Assembly: GCA_051294375.1 (NCBI GenBank)
Contig: CM119269.1
Location: 8,691,619 to 8,755,618 of the forward strand
Direction: 5' to 3'
Source: Paraspadella gotoi
Lineage: Eukaryota; Animalia; Chaetognatha
Length of the DNA: 64,000 nucleotides
Shown here one piece after another: positions 1 to 12,534 of the stretch; positions within the stretch are counted from its first letter, which is position 1; every line of letters begins with the position of its first letter. The position numbers were made by a program, and so were the translations under genes. Under the pieces are notes generated by a model, which was given only the letters and a program-made list of their open reading frames with translations, was not told the DNA's origin and made no database searches.

Positions 1-971
1 GTACGAGAGGGAGGGCACGGAAGCGTGTCATTACCGAGCGAGCAATGTTGCGAGATGGTGGATTGGTGGAAGACAGGTTGCGGAGGGCTAGGCGGAGGGG
101 AAGGAGAGAGCGCGAGAAGGAGGAATGGTGCGAGGTAGGAGAATGGTTTGAGATGGTGGGTATGGGGGAGGAAGGAGAGAAGAGAGAGCGGCAGTGGAGG
201 AAGGTATAGGGAGAGGAGAAGTTGGAGATTGGATGGGATGGGCGGGGAGGGAAGGGAGGGGATCGCACGCAGAGGAGAGATCGGAGAGGTGCAGGGTAGG
301 GAGTGGAGAGGAGAAGTTTGTGATGATCGCGTGGTGCATGAGGGGGAGGTGAGATGCGGAGTGGAGTCCCCAGGGAAAGAACATGAGACAGAGAGAACAG
401 AGAGAGAGAGAGAGAGAGAGGGGAAGGGAGGAAGGCTGCGAGTAGGACGTTGCGATGATGGTTGGGCTTTGAAGGCTGATGGCGAGGGAGCGGGAGGAAT
501 GATAGAAGAAGATAGGGAGGAAGGTAGAGAAGGAGGGAGGGGGAGAGATATTTATATTGAAAAAAGAAAATGCGAGTTTTAGGCAAGTGCTTTAAACTGG
601 CCTAAAAAGCTACCTTATCTTATCATTTGTAAGTTCTTGAGTTTTCATAAATGGTACTGAACAACAATTCTAATTTTCCAGTGGACAATAAGCTTGGGAT
701 TTTTATAACTCACAATTTACAAGCGAACATTTTTGTAGGAAACTCGATCACAGAGAGAGAGAGGAGCTGGGTTGGGGGGGAGGGAGAGAGAGAGGAAGGG
801 AGAAAGACACATTAACAGACTGACTGACAGACAGAAAGAAAGTCACGGATAAAAAAGTTAAAAAGATAAAGAAATAACAGTTAGCAATCGAGATAAAAAT
901 GGATAATCTCTCAATATTTATTATTTATAATTTATTTCTTTATTTATGCATTTGTTTATTTATTCATATAG

Positions 972-2402
972 TGTGGTCGCCGAAGACAAACCCTACATTC
1001 GGCTGAGAGCGATTCATGGACATCGCAAGACCGACTCTATTTCCGAAAACGAAACCGACCACGAGACCGATTACTCCATCGTCCACGCCCCTCCCACCGC
1101 CACGCCCCCTGACGACTTCCGTCACGCCCTCCGTTCCCGTCTCATCCTCGTCTCTCTCGTAGTCGCGGGTCTAACGTGGAGCGTCCAAAACTTGGCGCTC
1201 ATCGGCGTCACATTTTCCTACGGGACTTTGGCCGGAAGCCGCTACGTCAACTTCAGCCTCTTGCAACTGGCGAGTGTTGGCGGAGTGTTGACGCAATGTG
1301 AACGTGTTTTATAATATTTAATGAAATTGAAGAAAAATTTTAAATTCTAAATTTTCAATAATTAATATAAGTTCCTTCGTTGATAATATAATAGAATCGA
1401 ATTTTATCCTTTCATTAAAATCAAGTTCATTGTAAATAGTAAATTACCTTAAAAAAATGTTGTTCCTTTTTTTTTAAATTCTATAAAATGAAGTTGGTTA
1501 AATATAAGAAAACATGATATTTTGTAATTTTAATTTCTATTAAACAACCGCGACTTCCCTCAATAGGCGAGCCTTCCGTCGCGCGTTGTCGGATTCCTCG
1601 GCTGCCGATTTCTCTCCCGGAGATTCTCCATCTTCCTCGGTCTCTGCCTCGTCGGCGCAGCGTTCTTGGTCGTCGCAGCAGCACGCAGCGTTCTCGGCGA
1701 CGTCGACGCGGCAGCGCCGGAGCTGCGGCGCGTCGTCAGCGTCTTTATCAACATCGCGGTGGCGATTTCGTACAGGCCGTTCGGACTGTGGCTGCAGGTG
1801 CTTGGGAGGTCCTTGGTCCGAGTATAGGCCCATGGGGTGATACGCCAGGAGTTAAGGGTAATAATTGGTCTAATTCTATTCCATTAAGCCATTATTCCTC
1901 AAACTGGATTAACTCTAGTACAAATTGATCGAATTAGCAATAATTTTCGTTATTGTAAACACATTTTGCGTTTTAAGTATTTAAAATTAGCTTCTTATTA
2001 GACTTAAAGATAGTAGTATTCGGGAATTATAAGTAAATCCAAGAGGCCGTAATATACACTTTTTCTTCCTCCCTTAAAAAGGAGGCATTCCCAACCATGC
2101 TCCGTGCCCGTTGCTTCCTTGTCGCCATGCTCATGGGCCGCTTTGCCACCGTCGGCGCCAGCTACTTGTCCTACTTCCAAACGCGAGCGCCGCTGACGCT
2201 GGAGACGTCGCTCGGCGTCGCCATCGTCGTCGTCGCGTCGGCGGCGGCGCTGCTGCCCGAGACGCAGGGCCGACCCATTGCGCAGACGATGGCGGACATG
2301 AAGCGACGCCAAGCGGAGACGAAAAGAAGATATTGGAGGGCGTTTTATCGCGGAGGGGAGGAGGAAGAGGAAGAGGAGAAAGTGGAGGCCGGAGGGGGTT
2401 AA
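972..2402 (+). CDS. SLC22: SLC22/organic cation transporter-like MFS protein, last three exons (972-1269, 1567-1797, 2082-2402); 5' part not identified
   Basis: Spliced translation reads ...GSRYVNFSLLQL|ASLPSRVVGFLGCRFLSRR...FGLWLQ|EAFPTMLRARC...MGRF...LLPETQGRPIAQTMAD. This matches the SLC22 C-terminal motifs YxNFxL..xxP, E(L)FPTxxR and LPETxGxP. Acceptors are tag|972, tag|1567 and aag|2082; donors are gcgagt at 1270 and gt at 1798; stop TAA at 2400-2402. Confidence 0.85.
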
Positions 2403-2483
2403 CTACCAACAAACACAATAATCACAGCGGCAGAGCGTAAAGTGACCAATCAAATGGAGACAGAGAAGAGAGAGAGAGGAGAA

Positions 2484-2548
<65 letters not shown>

Positions 2549-2752
2549 CAGTTGTTAGGATGATCTGATTTTGATCATTAATGGAAGGGAAAAAAAGATA
2601 AAGATCAACTTTGGTCTTTGAACTTTGAAACGAAAGGTCGTTGTCCTTTTGGCTACAGAATCGTTGATAAATGGAAAGAAGCCAACGAATTGATGGAATC
2701 TGCTCACGTGCCATCCCTCACTGTATTCTGTGGGCGATAGGACACTCTCTCT

Positions 2753-2847
<95 letters not shown>

Positions 2848-3257
2848 TATGTCTCTCTTTCTATATTTCTCTTTCAATCAGCTTTGTTACAGCCATCGTT
2901 TTTTTAATTGTTTAACGTAATTGTTTTGCGATAATAATTTTAACTATAAAAAATAAAATCGATTTGAAACATTTTTTTTCCACTTTGACAATTACGGTAG
3001 GTAAGATAAGTTGAAATATTTCCGTTCGGATATTAATAGCTTCATTTGGGACAGTAATACATAAAAAAAATTATTTAAGCTACAAATTGAATTAAACATA
3101 ATCTTCTTGTCTTTTCAACACACGAGCGGTTTATTTCCTCGAAAGTTTTAACCTTACCAATCGACCCTCACCCGTCGAACCGCAATCGTTTACGACCTCA
3201 CAATTTCACTCGTTTTCCCTTTTGTTTCGCTCTTATCGCTTTTTTCCTCTAATTGCT

Positions 3258-3380
<123 letters not shown>

Positions 3381-4433
3381 CAGACTCTCACGCCCTCGCA
3401 CGTTTCCGAGCTGAACCTGAGCGTCTCCCTTTTCTCGTCACGGTCGTTGTTGTCGTCGTTATTCTTTGTTGTTGTTGTTATTCTTTTTATCACATTTCTT
3501 TGCTTCACACTTTTTTTGTCACTCCTCTATTTCACTTCTCTCTCTTTTCTTTCTCTAACACATTTTTCTTTTCTTCTTGGCCTACATATCTTACCTGTCA
3601 TTTTTACTTTTTACTTTCCTCTTCATTTTTTTCTCTCTCCCTTATCTTTCTCGCTGTCTTTCACAAGCCATTTTCCTATCTCATTTCTCTCTCCCAGCCG
3701 CCTTTCACTTTTCTTTCTCATTCTCACTTCTCTTGTCTTCCTCTTTCTTTCACCTCTTTTTCCCTCTCTCACCCCCCCACCTCATTTCGCATTTAGTTTC
3801 TCCCCGAATCGCTCTTTCTCGCTTCTCATCCACGCCCACCTGCCGTTTTTTCATTAGCCCCCGGTCTTCAAACGCGAAGACAGCGTCGGTCGACGGCAGC
3901 CGCGACGTCAGCAGCAGCTTCAACTCCGGCTGCAGCAGCAGGTGCAGCGAAGGATGGCTGCCGCTGCAGCAGCTGGCGGCGTCGCTGTCTTTGGCGTGCT
4001 CTGATTGCTAATTCCGAGCAGCGACCCACTAAAAAACTCCCCTGGTTTTTCTCCACGGGTTTTCTCGCTCTGAACTCTGTACGGAGGAGTTTCCAGATCT
4101 CGCCTCTCTTTCCTTATTTCCTCCTTTTTCTCGTGCAGCGTGACTTTTTCTTCTCTTTTTTCTTTTTTTCTTTCCTTTTTTTTCTTCTCCTCTCGTGCGA
4201 CGGAATTTTCTTTTTTTTTCCTCTTTCCTCAGTTTAATTATGTCCTCGTATTTTCAAAAAAAAAGGAGATTCTCTAAGATTTACGCGAGTCCAACCGTTT
4301 TTAATCTAAGATCAATTTCCTTTCCTCAATCTTTCTTTCCTTCTTCCTCCATTTCATTCCTTCCTCCTTCGCTGTCCTCTCATTCGTCCATCAATTTTTC
4401 TTTCGTTGCGATATTCAGGTTCTTCTTTTTTTT

Positions 4434-4524
<91 letters not shown>

Positions 4525-5316
4525 AGCGGTCACAGTTTTTAGCCAATCAGGGTCACGGAAATAAAGAAAATCAAAAAAATTCGTTCTTTCCTTTTTCTAT
4601 CTTTCCTTCTTTCTCTCTTTTTATTCCTCTTTTCTTTTTGTCCTTCTTTATTTTATCTTCTCTCTTTTTTAAATTTTTTTCCCTTTCTTTCTTCTTTCCC
4701 ATTTATCTCTTTTTTCTTTTCTTTTTCTCTTCTTTTGATTTGATCCCATTTTTTGTTGTTGTCACAGAAGACAGAATTTTGGCGTCCCATTGCAAAGTGA
4801 CAAAACCACCAACTGACATACTGACAGGACGTATAAAGAATAACCATTTATACATGGAACGTTACTTTCTACATTAACATTTAATGTGAATGCCAATAAA
4901 TATAATTTTTTTCTCCTCTTCCCAAAAACGGCAAAGGAAAAATCGCTGTCGAACTCAAACTTCAAAGGATCTTGAACCGAAAACGTCTTCGGCAGTCGAC
5001 ACTCGATCCACTGACTTTCAAGTACAGATTCCGAAGACGACGAACGATACGACGGCGATGACGAGGGATGATGACGACGAAAACGAAAAGTGACAACGAC
5101 GACGAACGACGACCGAAGCATGATTATATTGTTAATGATGATTTGATTGATTATTGATGGATGATAATGAAGACGACGACTTACGAAATGTTCAAGATCG
5201 GAACCAATGTACGGTCCGTGTACCCGAAAAGCCAAATTGATATTTTTTAGTTTTATCTTCATCAAAGCTTCTTGAGAACAAAAAGTCTTTCGTTTTATCT
5301 CAGTTTCATTTCTTAG

Positions 5317-5530
5317 TCGCGCTCTTCCTCAATGTAGGCGATTTGAGACTTTTTCACATCGGAATCCAACTACTAATCTAATCAGTTGCGATGATGAAAC
5401 AGCAGACGATTTGGACTCTGGACGTGATCCTCGGTCGACGCAGCCTTCCGTCACGATCAGTTCCTGACACTCTTTGCTTTCCAGACCAAGCACAACAAGC
5501 ACCTCGCCGGAAAGAACCGCTTTCCTCTTT
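5317..5530 (+). pseudogene. Degenerate copy of the FMO last exon (third, decayed paralog)
   Basis: After ttag| it reads ALFLNVGDLRLFHIGIQLLI*SVAMMKQQTIWTLDVILGRRSLPS versus ALFLGGGDQKVFYLGTQIMIYTILYAEQQAIWTLDVILGRRSLPS in the 6101 gene. TAA at 5379-5381 replaces a Tyr codon; then a deletion and frameshift precede ttccagaccaagcac, which is shared with the region near 7703. Confidence 0.85.
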
Positions 5531-5755
5531 GACGGGAATCTTTTCGAAAATGTGGACTTCGCTGACATTTTTGGGTCAGCCACGTGTTTCGAATTTGCAC
5601 TTCCCGAGCGGCTCTTCATGGAAAATAAATTTTTTTGCAATATACTAAGTTTTGTTTACTGTCTTTGAATTGTTGCCAAATTATATGAATTGGTACACCC
5701 AATATAAAAATTATCCATTCATTTAATAAATAATATATATAATATATATATATAT

Positions 5756-5788
<33 letters not shown>

Positions 5789-6100
5789 TGGGAGAGTGCT
5801 GTTAACATTGAGTGGATCCTCTCTTCTAAATCGCGCTTTTCGTCTTATTTTCATATTTTACTGGCGACCCCGCCAGGTCCCTGCTGATATCGCCATGACG
5901 AAGTCGCCAATCAACTAGAACCACATCTTGTCTAAACCATTTGTCATCATGAATTTTATCGATTTGCTTCTTTTCTGGTAGGAGCTAATAATAAAGATTA
6001 AGTATAGGGGCTTTGGAAGTTAGGTTCTTCATCCCTCAATAAATATAGAACTATTGAAATATTGTATGAAACTGTATTAATTTCAGAATACTGAAAAAGA

Positions 6101-7921
6101 ATGTCATATGACAATAATAAACGTATCTGTGTGATCGGTGCTGGCCCAGCTGGATGCAGTCTGCTCTTTAACTTGGCTAAACGAAAAAGGGAGGGTGAAA
6201 CATCTCCAGATGTTGTCTGCTTTGAGAAACAGAGCGACTGGGGCGGGATGTGGAACTACACTTGGCGCACTGGGTTTGATGAGTTTGGAGAGCCGGTCCA
6301 TGCCAGCATGTACAAGATGCTCTTCACGAATGGCCCAAAAGAAGCTAACGAATTCCCTGACTATACCTTTCGAGATCACTTTGGTCGAGAACTGCCCAGT
6401 TTCGTGACACGTCCAGTAATGCTTGACTACTTGATTGGCAGATGGAAGAGGGAGGAATTTCGACAGTGGATCAAATTTCATCATGCTGTCAAAAGTGTTG
6501 TTTATGATAAAGATGAGAAGAACTTTGTTGTTCTTGTCAAGGTGACAAGAATGGATGTGGAGTGCATAGAGATCATCGGCTTAAATATAATATTAATAAA
6601 TCATCAATAAATCACTTTATGTTTTTCCTTCCAGGATCTTGTCAATGACTGTTTGTTGCCCCCTCAGCGTTTTAGTCATGTCGTCGTAGCATCCGGTCAT
6701 TATTCTGTACCACACATTCCATATTTGGATGGCATTGAGTCTTTCCCAGGAAGAATCATTCATTCTCATGACTATAAAGACGCCGCTCACTATGCAGGCA
6801 AAAGGGTTTTAGTTATTGGCGGTGGTCCATCAGGGTGGGATATTGCGTTGCAGGTAACACATTCTGAGTGTTCATGACAATAACTATCATCATCATCATG
6901 ATTTACGTCTCTATCTGAAAAACTTTGTAAATTTTGACCTTGCTACAAATAATTTTTTTGACCTTTTAAGTGCTACAAATTTGGCGCCAAGAAAGTTTTC
7001 ATCTCATGGAGATCTTTCCCCCTTGAAATGAAGTGGCCGAAAGAAGTGGAAGAGCATCCATTGGTGACCGGAATCAATGGCAACACCGTCTCTTTCAAAG
7101 ATGGCGTTGACAGTGAATTTGATGAAATCATTCTCTGCACTGGATATTTACAACATTATCCATTCATGGCGGATAATCTGAGGTTAAAGTCAGATAACCG
7201 TTGCTGGATACCAAATCTTTATGAAGGTGCAACGGTGGAGGATGGAGAATTTTCTTTTACGGATAATTACAAAATATTTGATAAAACAGTTCAAAAAGAA
7301 TATTGTTTTGAAGGTTTTATTGGAATTTGTATTTATACAGATTTAATCAAAGATCTTATTATTAAAAAGAAGAATGCTATAAAAATTGTCTTTCTGGTTT
7401 TGCTCAATATCAATTATATTTTGAGTTTGATATTGCAAATGCTTGCTCAGGAATTTATTTTCAAAAGTTTTTGCTATTCAATTTCAGGTGCGCTATTTCT
7501 TGGTGGGGGTGATCAAAAAGTCTTTTACCTCGGAACCCAAATCATGATCTACACGATCTTATATGCGGAACAGCAGGCGATTTGGACCCTGGATGTGATC
7601 CTTGGTCGACGCAGCCTTCCATCGATCGAGGACATGCGACGCAATGAGCTCGAGTGGCGAGAAGACGAACGAACCCACCGAGGGCTGACGGAGTTCTTCG
7701 CATTCCAGACCAAGCACGTCAAGCACCTTGCCAAAGAGAACGGCTATCCTCATCCCGTTGATATCACTGTCATGTTTGATAAAGTCATGAAAGGATGGAA
7801 GGAAGACATGATGACCTATCGGGATCAGCAACATGTCTCTTTCGTGACAGGGGAAACGGCTCCTTCCCCTAAACTGCCCTACATGAAAAATTTTGATGAT
7901 TCATTGGAGTCCCTTGTTTAG
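6101..7921 (+). CDS. FMO: Flavin-containing monooxygenase, Tmm/mFMO-like (copy 1), 449 aa; exons 6101-6541, 6635-6853, 6971-7226, 7488-7921
   Basis: FAD motif GAGPAG, GGMWNYTWRTG..E.GEPVHASMY, NGPKE, ASGHYSVP, FMO fingerprint FPGRIIHSHDY, NADPH motif GGGPSG and IILCTGY are all present. All introns are GT-AG and phase-compatible; the exons sum to 1350 nt. Confidence 0.95.
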
Positions 7922-8182
7922 GAGGCGGTTTTACCTAAATTAGGAAAATAATGATAATCTTGATGATAATAATAATAGTAACAATTATAAATATGCTCAT
8001 GAATTTGAATATAATCCTGCTAATTCTCAGTGACGATTTGTGGTTGAGGATTGATTGCAATATCTAATTTCTCTTTAATTTGTTATTAGTTTTTTGTTGT
8101 AATTTGTTTCTCTTTAATAAAAAAAATTAGGATAGGATTTGTCTCCACAGAGAGTCTGCGACTGGGTCAACTCAAATGACAA

Positions 8183-8270
<88 letters not shown>

Positions 8271-8333
8271 GTTCTTGCTCTCTCGAACCAGTTTTGATAG
8301 CTCGACCATTAAACTCCGACTGAAATCTCTCTC

Positions 8334-8389
<56 letters not shown>

Positions 8390-8648
8390 CTCTTCTTCTC
8401 TCTTCTCTCTTCTCTCTCTCTCTCTCGCTGGCTCTTTTTTTGCACTCGCTATGCTTGAGGAGTACTAACTTAATAAACCAAAATTCCCTTCAACACTGCG
8501 TTGATTTGTTATTTTCAGCTTTTCATCTATACATATAAACTCCCTTTCCTTGTAAACACGTATTCGACTCGTTGCAGCCCTCGCTGGGGGCTTAAACAAC
8601 ATTTTTTAAAAGAACTAATTAAAAAATAAATAGGAAATTAATTAAAAA

Positions 8649-11633
8649 ATGCCTGACCATTCCAAAACTCGCATCTGTTTAATCGGCGCGGGCCCATCTG
8701 GTTGCACCTTCCTCTACCACCTGGCCAAACTGCGCCAAGAGGGCGTCGACACCCCCAACGTCGTCTGCTACGAACGCCAGTCCGACGTCGGCGGAACGTG
8801 GAACTACACCTGGCGAACGGGGGTAGACGAGTTCGGCGAGCAGGTGCACGGCAGCATGTACGAAGATTTGTGGACGAACACTTCCAAGGAATTCATCGAG
8901 TACGACGACTACAGATGGGACGATCATTTCGGGAAGAAGGTTCCCTCGTATCTGCCGAGAAAGTTCGTTCTTGACTACCTCAAGGGCAGATGGAAGAGGC
9001 AAGAGTTTCGTCATTGTATTCGATTCAATCACATGGTGAAGAGCGTCAAGTACGACAAAGAGACGGAGCTGTTCACGGTCGTCTCCAAGGTTTGCATTGG
9101 ATTTACGAAATTAATTCGATAGATTTGTTGATTTATTCTTCGATTTATTCGATTCATTTCAATTATTTGATTTTTTAAAATTTTGATTAATTGGATGTAT
9201 TCATTCATTAATTTATATTTTATTTATTGATATTTTTAATGATTATTGAATTTTCTTTGATTGATTGAACTTTGGTTGAACTTTATTTTGCTTTAGATTA
9301 CATTTTGATGTATAAAGTTTACAAAAAATGAAAAAGAAAAACCAAGCCCAAGGTCAGAAAAGTGAAGAGAACCGAAAATGATTTATGCAGTTTATGTATT
9401 TATTTAAATCATGTATTCGTGTTTTTACATATACTATTAAGTTATTTTCTCCTTCTTTCTTATCTTAAAACTTCACATATAAGCTGAACACATTCGATCT
9501 TAGGCTTTACTCCCTCGCTTTAACTCAAACTCTTATCCACAACCATCCCTTCTCCGCCCAAACCCCCAACCACCCCCGAACCACCTCCACAACCCTAGGA
9601 CCTCCTCGCCGACTCCCACACCGACCCAGAAGTCTTCACCCACGTGGTCGTTGCCGTGGGTCACTTCTCCACGCCCCACGTTCCCTCTTTTCCGGGGATC
9701 GAGTCTTTTCCCGGTCGCGTCATTCACTCCAAACAAATTCGTCACTTTTCTTCTTTCGCCGGAAAAAGAATTTTGATCGTCGGGAGTTCGTATTCCGGGG
9801 AAGACGCCGCCGTGCACGTGAGATGTGGGTCGGATGAGGCGGTGGGATGTGGGCGTTTTGGTTTGGGAGAGGTGGGCGTGTATGTAAAAAGGGGGTTTAA
9901 GGAAGGGGTAAGGCCATTGAGCGAGTTGGACCGAAACAACCGTCGCGTGAACATTGAGGATTCCCAGTGGTTGGGGCTGATTGACATTTTCTTGAACTGA
10001 CTTTAAACTGGTCAGTCGAGGCTAGTTTAAATTACGATAACTTTATTATCGCTCAATGATAACAATTCATTTGTACTACAAAGTTATGAAAAATACCCCT
10101 GAGAATACGTGATTGAGTGGGCGTGCCGCTGTTAAAGAGAAAAACAATTCCATCTGGGCTTAATAACATCGTTATTATAATGTTTCCTTACTTTTCTTCT
10201 TGGTTCTCATTTGTTAGTGCAATGGGTATTGGGTAAGTCAAGATGGTAAGACTTGCCCTTCAGTTATCGGCGGCTGAAAATTCTGATCATAGAAAGTTAA
10301 TAAGACCTGATTGAAAAAAACTTTACCCTGATTATAGTTCAATATGAATCTTATCAAAACTGAATCAATTTGTATCATGAAGTTGATTAAGCTTAATCTT
10401 TTCTTCCTCTTTAACTCCAATCACGCTCACAGCGAATTTCACAATCCTCTTTCGCCTCTTCTTCCCAGTGCATCAAGCACGGATCCAAGTCGGTCATCCT
10501 CTCCTGGCGATCGACTCCGCCCGGCCTGACGTGGCCCGTCGACGAGCGCCCCCTTCTCGTCTCCGTGGAGGGAAGTCGGGTCAACTTCAAGGACGGATCC
10601 TCGGCCGAAGTCGACGAGGTGATTCTCTGCACGGGATATCGACATCATTATCCCTTCATGGAGGACGAGTTGAGATTGAAATGTGAGAACCAAATTTGGA
10701 CGCCGGATCTTTACAAAGGTGATAAAGATGTGATTGGGGATAAATATCAGCTTGTACTTTGGGGTTGAATTTGGTCACTCATGAAGAATTGACGCGACTC
10801 TGTCCCAAGGTTATAAAGTTCGATTAATTAATTTTCTGTTTAATTTGTAATTTTTAACAATGTTTGTCATGTAATTAATAGATAGAAGTTATTTTTTCAC
10901 TGGGATATGAAAAAAGTCAAACGAATCAGTAAAAGTAATATGTACAATTGGACTCTAAGAAAACAATCATTTTACCCCGTTTCTCCGTCTCACTTCTCCT
11001 TCTCCTCTCTTCTACCCCTTCTCCTTCCCTCTATCCCTTCCTCTTCCTCTCTCCCTCCCTTCCCCCTTCCCCTCTCCCTCTCCCTCCCAGGCGTCCTCTT
11101 CCTCAAAGGCGGCGATAATAAACTCTTTTACCTTAGCACCCAACACTTCCTTTACACTCTCCTCTTCATCGAGCAAGAAGTCCTTTGGACTCTCTTCACT
11201 CTCATCGGTCGACGCCGCCTTCCGCCCACCAACGAGTTGAGAGCGGACGAGGCGGAGTGGCGGCGACGCGGCGACGACGCCGACGGCGACGTCGCCAAGA
11301 TGTTCCAGTTCCAGGTACAAACTTTGCTGACCCCTCTGACGGCTCGATGGGCAGCTCAAAGGGGCAGCTCAGATAACGAAACGAAATGACGAATGAATTT
11401 TTTTTCCCCGAACACAGGCTGAGCACATGGCCGATCTTTGCGCTGAGAACGGAACGACGCCCCCTGACGTGTCCAAGATCTCTTCGATTTGGTACTCGTC
11501 GCGGAAAGAGAACGCGTTGACTTGGAGAGATAAATCTTGTCCGTCGTTGTACACGGGAGAGATGGCGCCGGCGCCAGTGATGCCTTTTATGGAAGCGTTC
11601 GATCCCGAGAGAGTCGACGGGTTTTTGGAGTGA
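8649..11633 (+). CDS. FMO: Flavin-containing monooxygenase, Tmm/mFMO-like (copy 2), 449 aa; exons 8649-9089, 9599-9817, 10469-10718, 11091-11314, 11418-11633
   Basis: GAGPSG, GGTWNYTWRTGVDEFGEQVHGSMY, VGHFSTP, FPGRVIHSKQI, GSSYSGED and VILCTGYRHHYPF are present. The first three intron positions match copy 1; all introns are GT-AG; the exons sum to 1350 nt. Confidence 0.95.
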
Positions 11634-12534
11634 GCTGGTTGTTGTTTTTTTGTTGTTGTTGTTTGTTATTGTTGTTTTTTGTTGTTGTTGATGCTTGCGC
11701 TGTTTTTATTGGAGGCTGTTCAAACTTACATATTACTTACTGCCTACATATTCGGCTCGACTTTTCATATTGCAATATTTTTTTCATATTTTGTTTTGGC
11801 ACTACTGAATTCAAATAAATAAAAATTAAAGTACAAAAGGTTTATTTAAATTATTTCTGACCACGAAAAAGATTTTCAGTCCTTCAATCTTTTGTAGTGT
11901 AGCTACTTTCATTTTTTTTTCACTGGCAACTATGGCAACCATGTAATATTTAAGTTCATTTCTCTATTCGTTATCCATCGAAGCCCCATAGCAATATTTT
12001 ACCCTAAGATGACTTTTGCAATTTTTGCACCATCAGCCGCCAACTGCGATTCTGCCGCGCCGTTGCCTTTAACTCGTGAGCCGTACCAAGTTTTTGATGG
12101 TTCCCATTTCATGATTCTCCTTTTTTTTCTGGAAGTCATGGAATGACATAGCATGGAATATTGAGACATGGCCTACACATTCAAACATGGAACTCTGCTC
12201 CACAGATGTCGGAGGATTCAAATTTTTGTCTCCATCTCCATCCATCTTAATCTCCGTTTCCATTGATTCTATTCTATTCCATGCATCCCCATCTCTTTTC
12301 CATAACTACCCCATTTCTAATCCCCCGTCTTCCCTCCTTCCCTCCCCACTTCCATTTTCGCGCCGCCAAACATAGGATCCCGTTATTTCCCCCCACGAAT
12401 CAATTCCTCTTCTTTTTTTCTACCGAATGAATCTTTCATCTTCCGACCAAAAAAGGAAAAAAGAATTCTCTCGTCTTTTTTTTTTCGGATCCGTGTCTGT
12501 AACAAGTGGCTAATCGTGGGTTGAGGTTCTTTTT

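Noticed and set aside
1-582. ORFs 88-384 (-) and 148-582 (+)
   Set aside because: Purine-skewed low-complexity sequence with no motifs.
6104-6484. Antisense ORFs over FMO and SLC22 exons (also 8679-9032, 7559-7834, 1540-1833)
   Set aside because: Shadows of real coding exons.
6101-11633. FMOs as bacterial contamination or an operon
   Set aside because: GT-AG introns at shared positions and eukaryotic microsatellite flanks.
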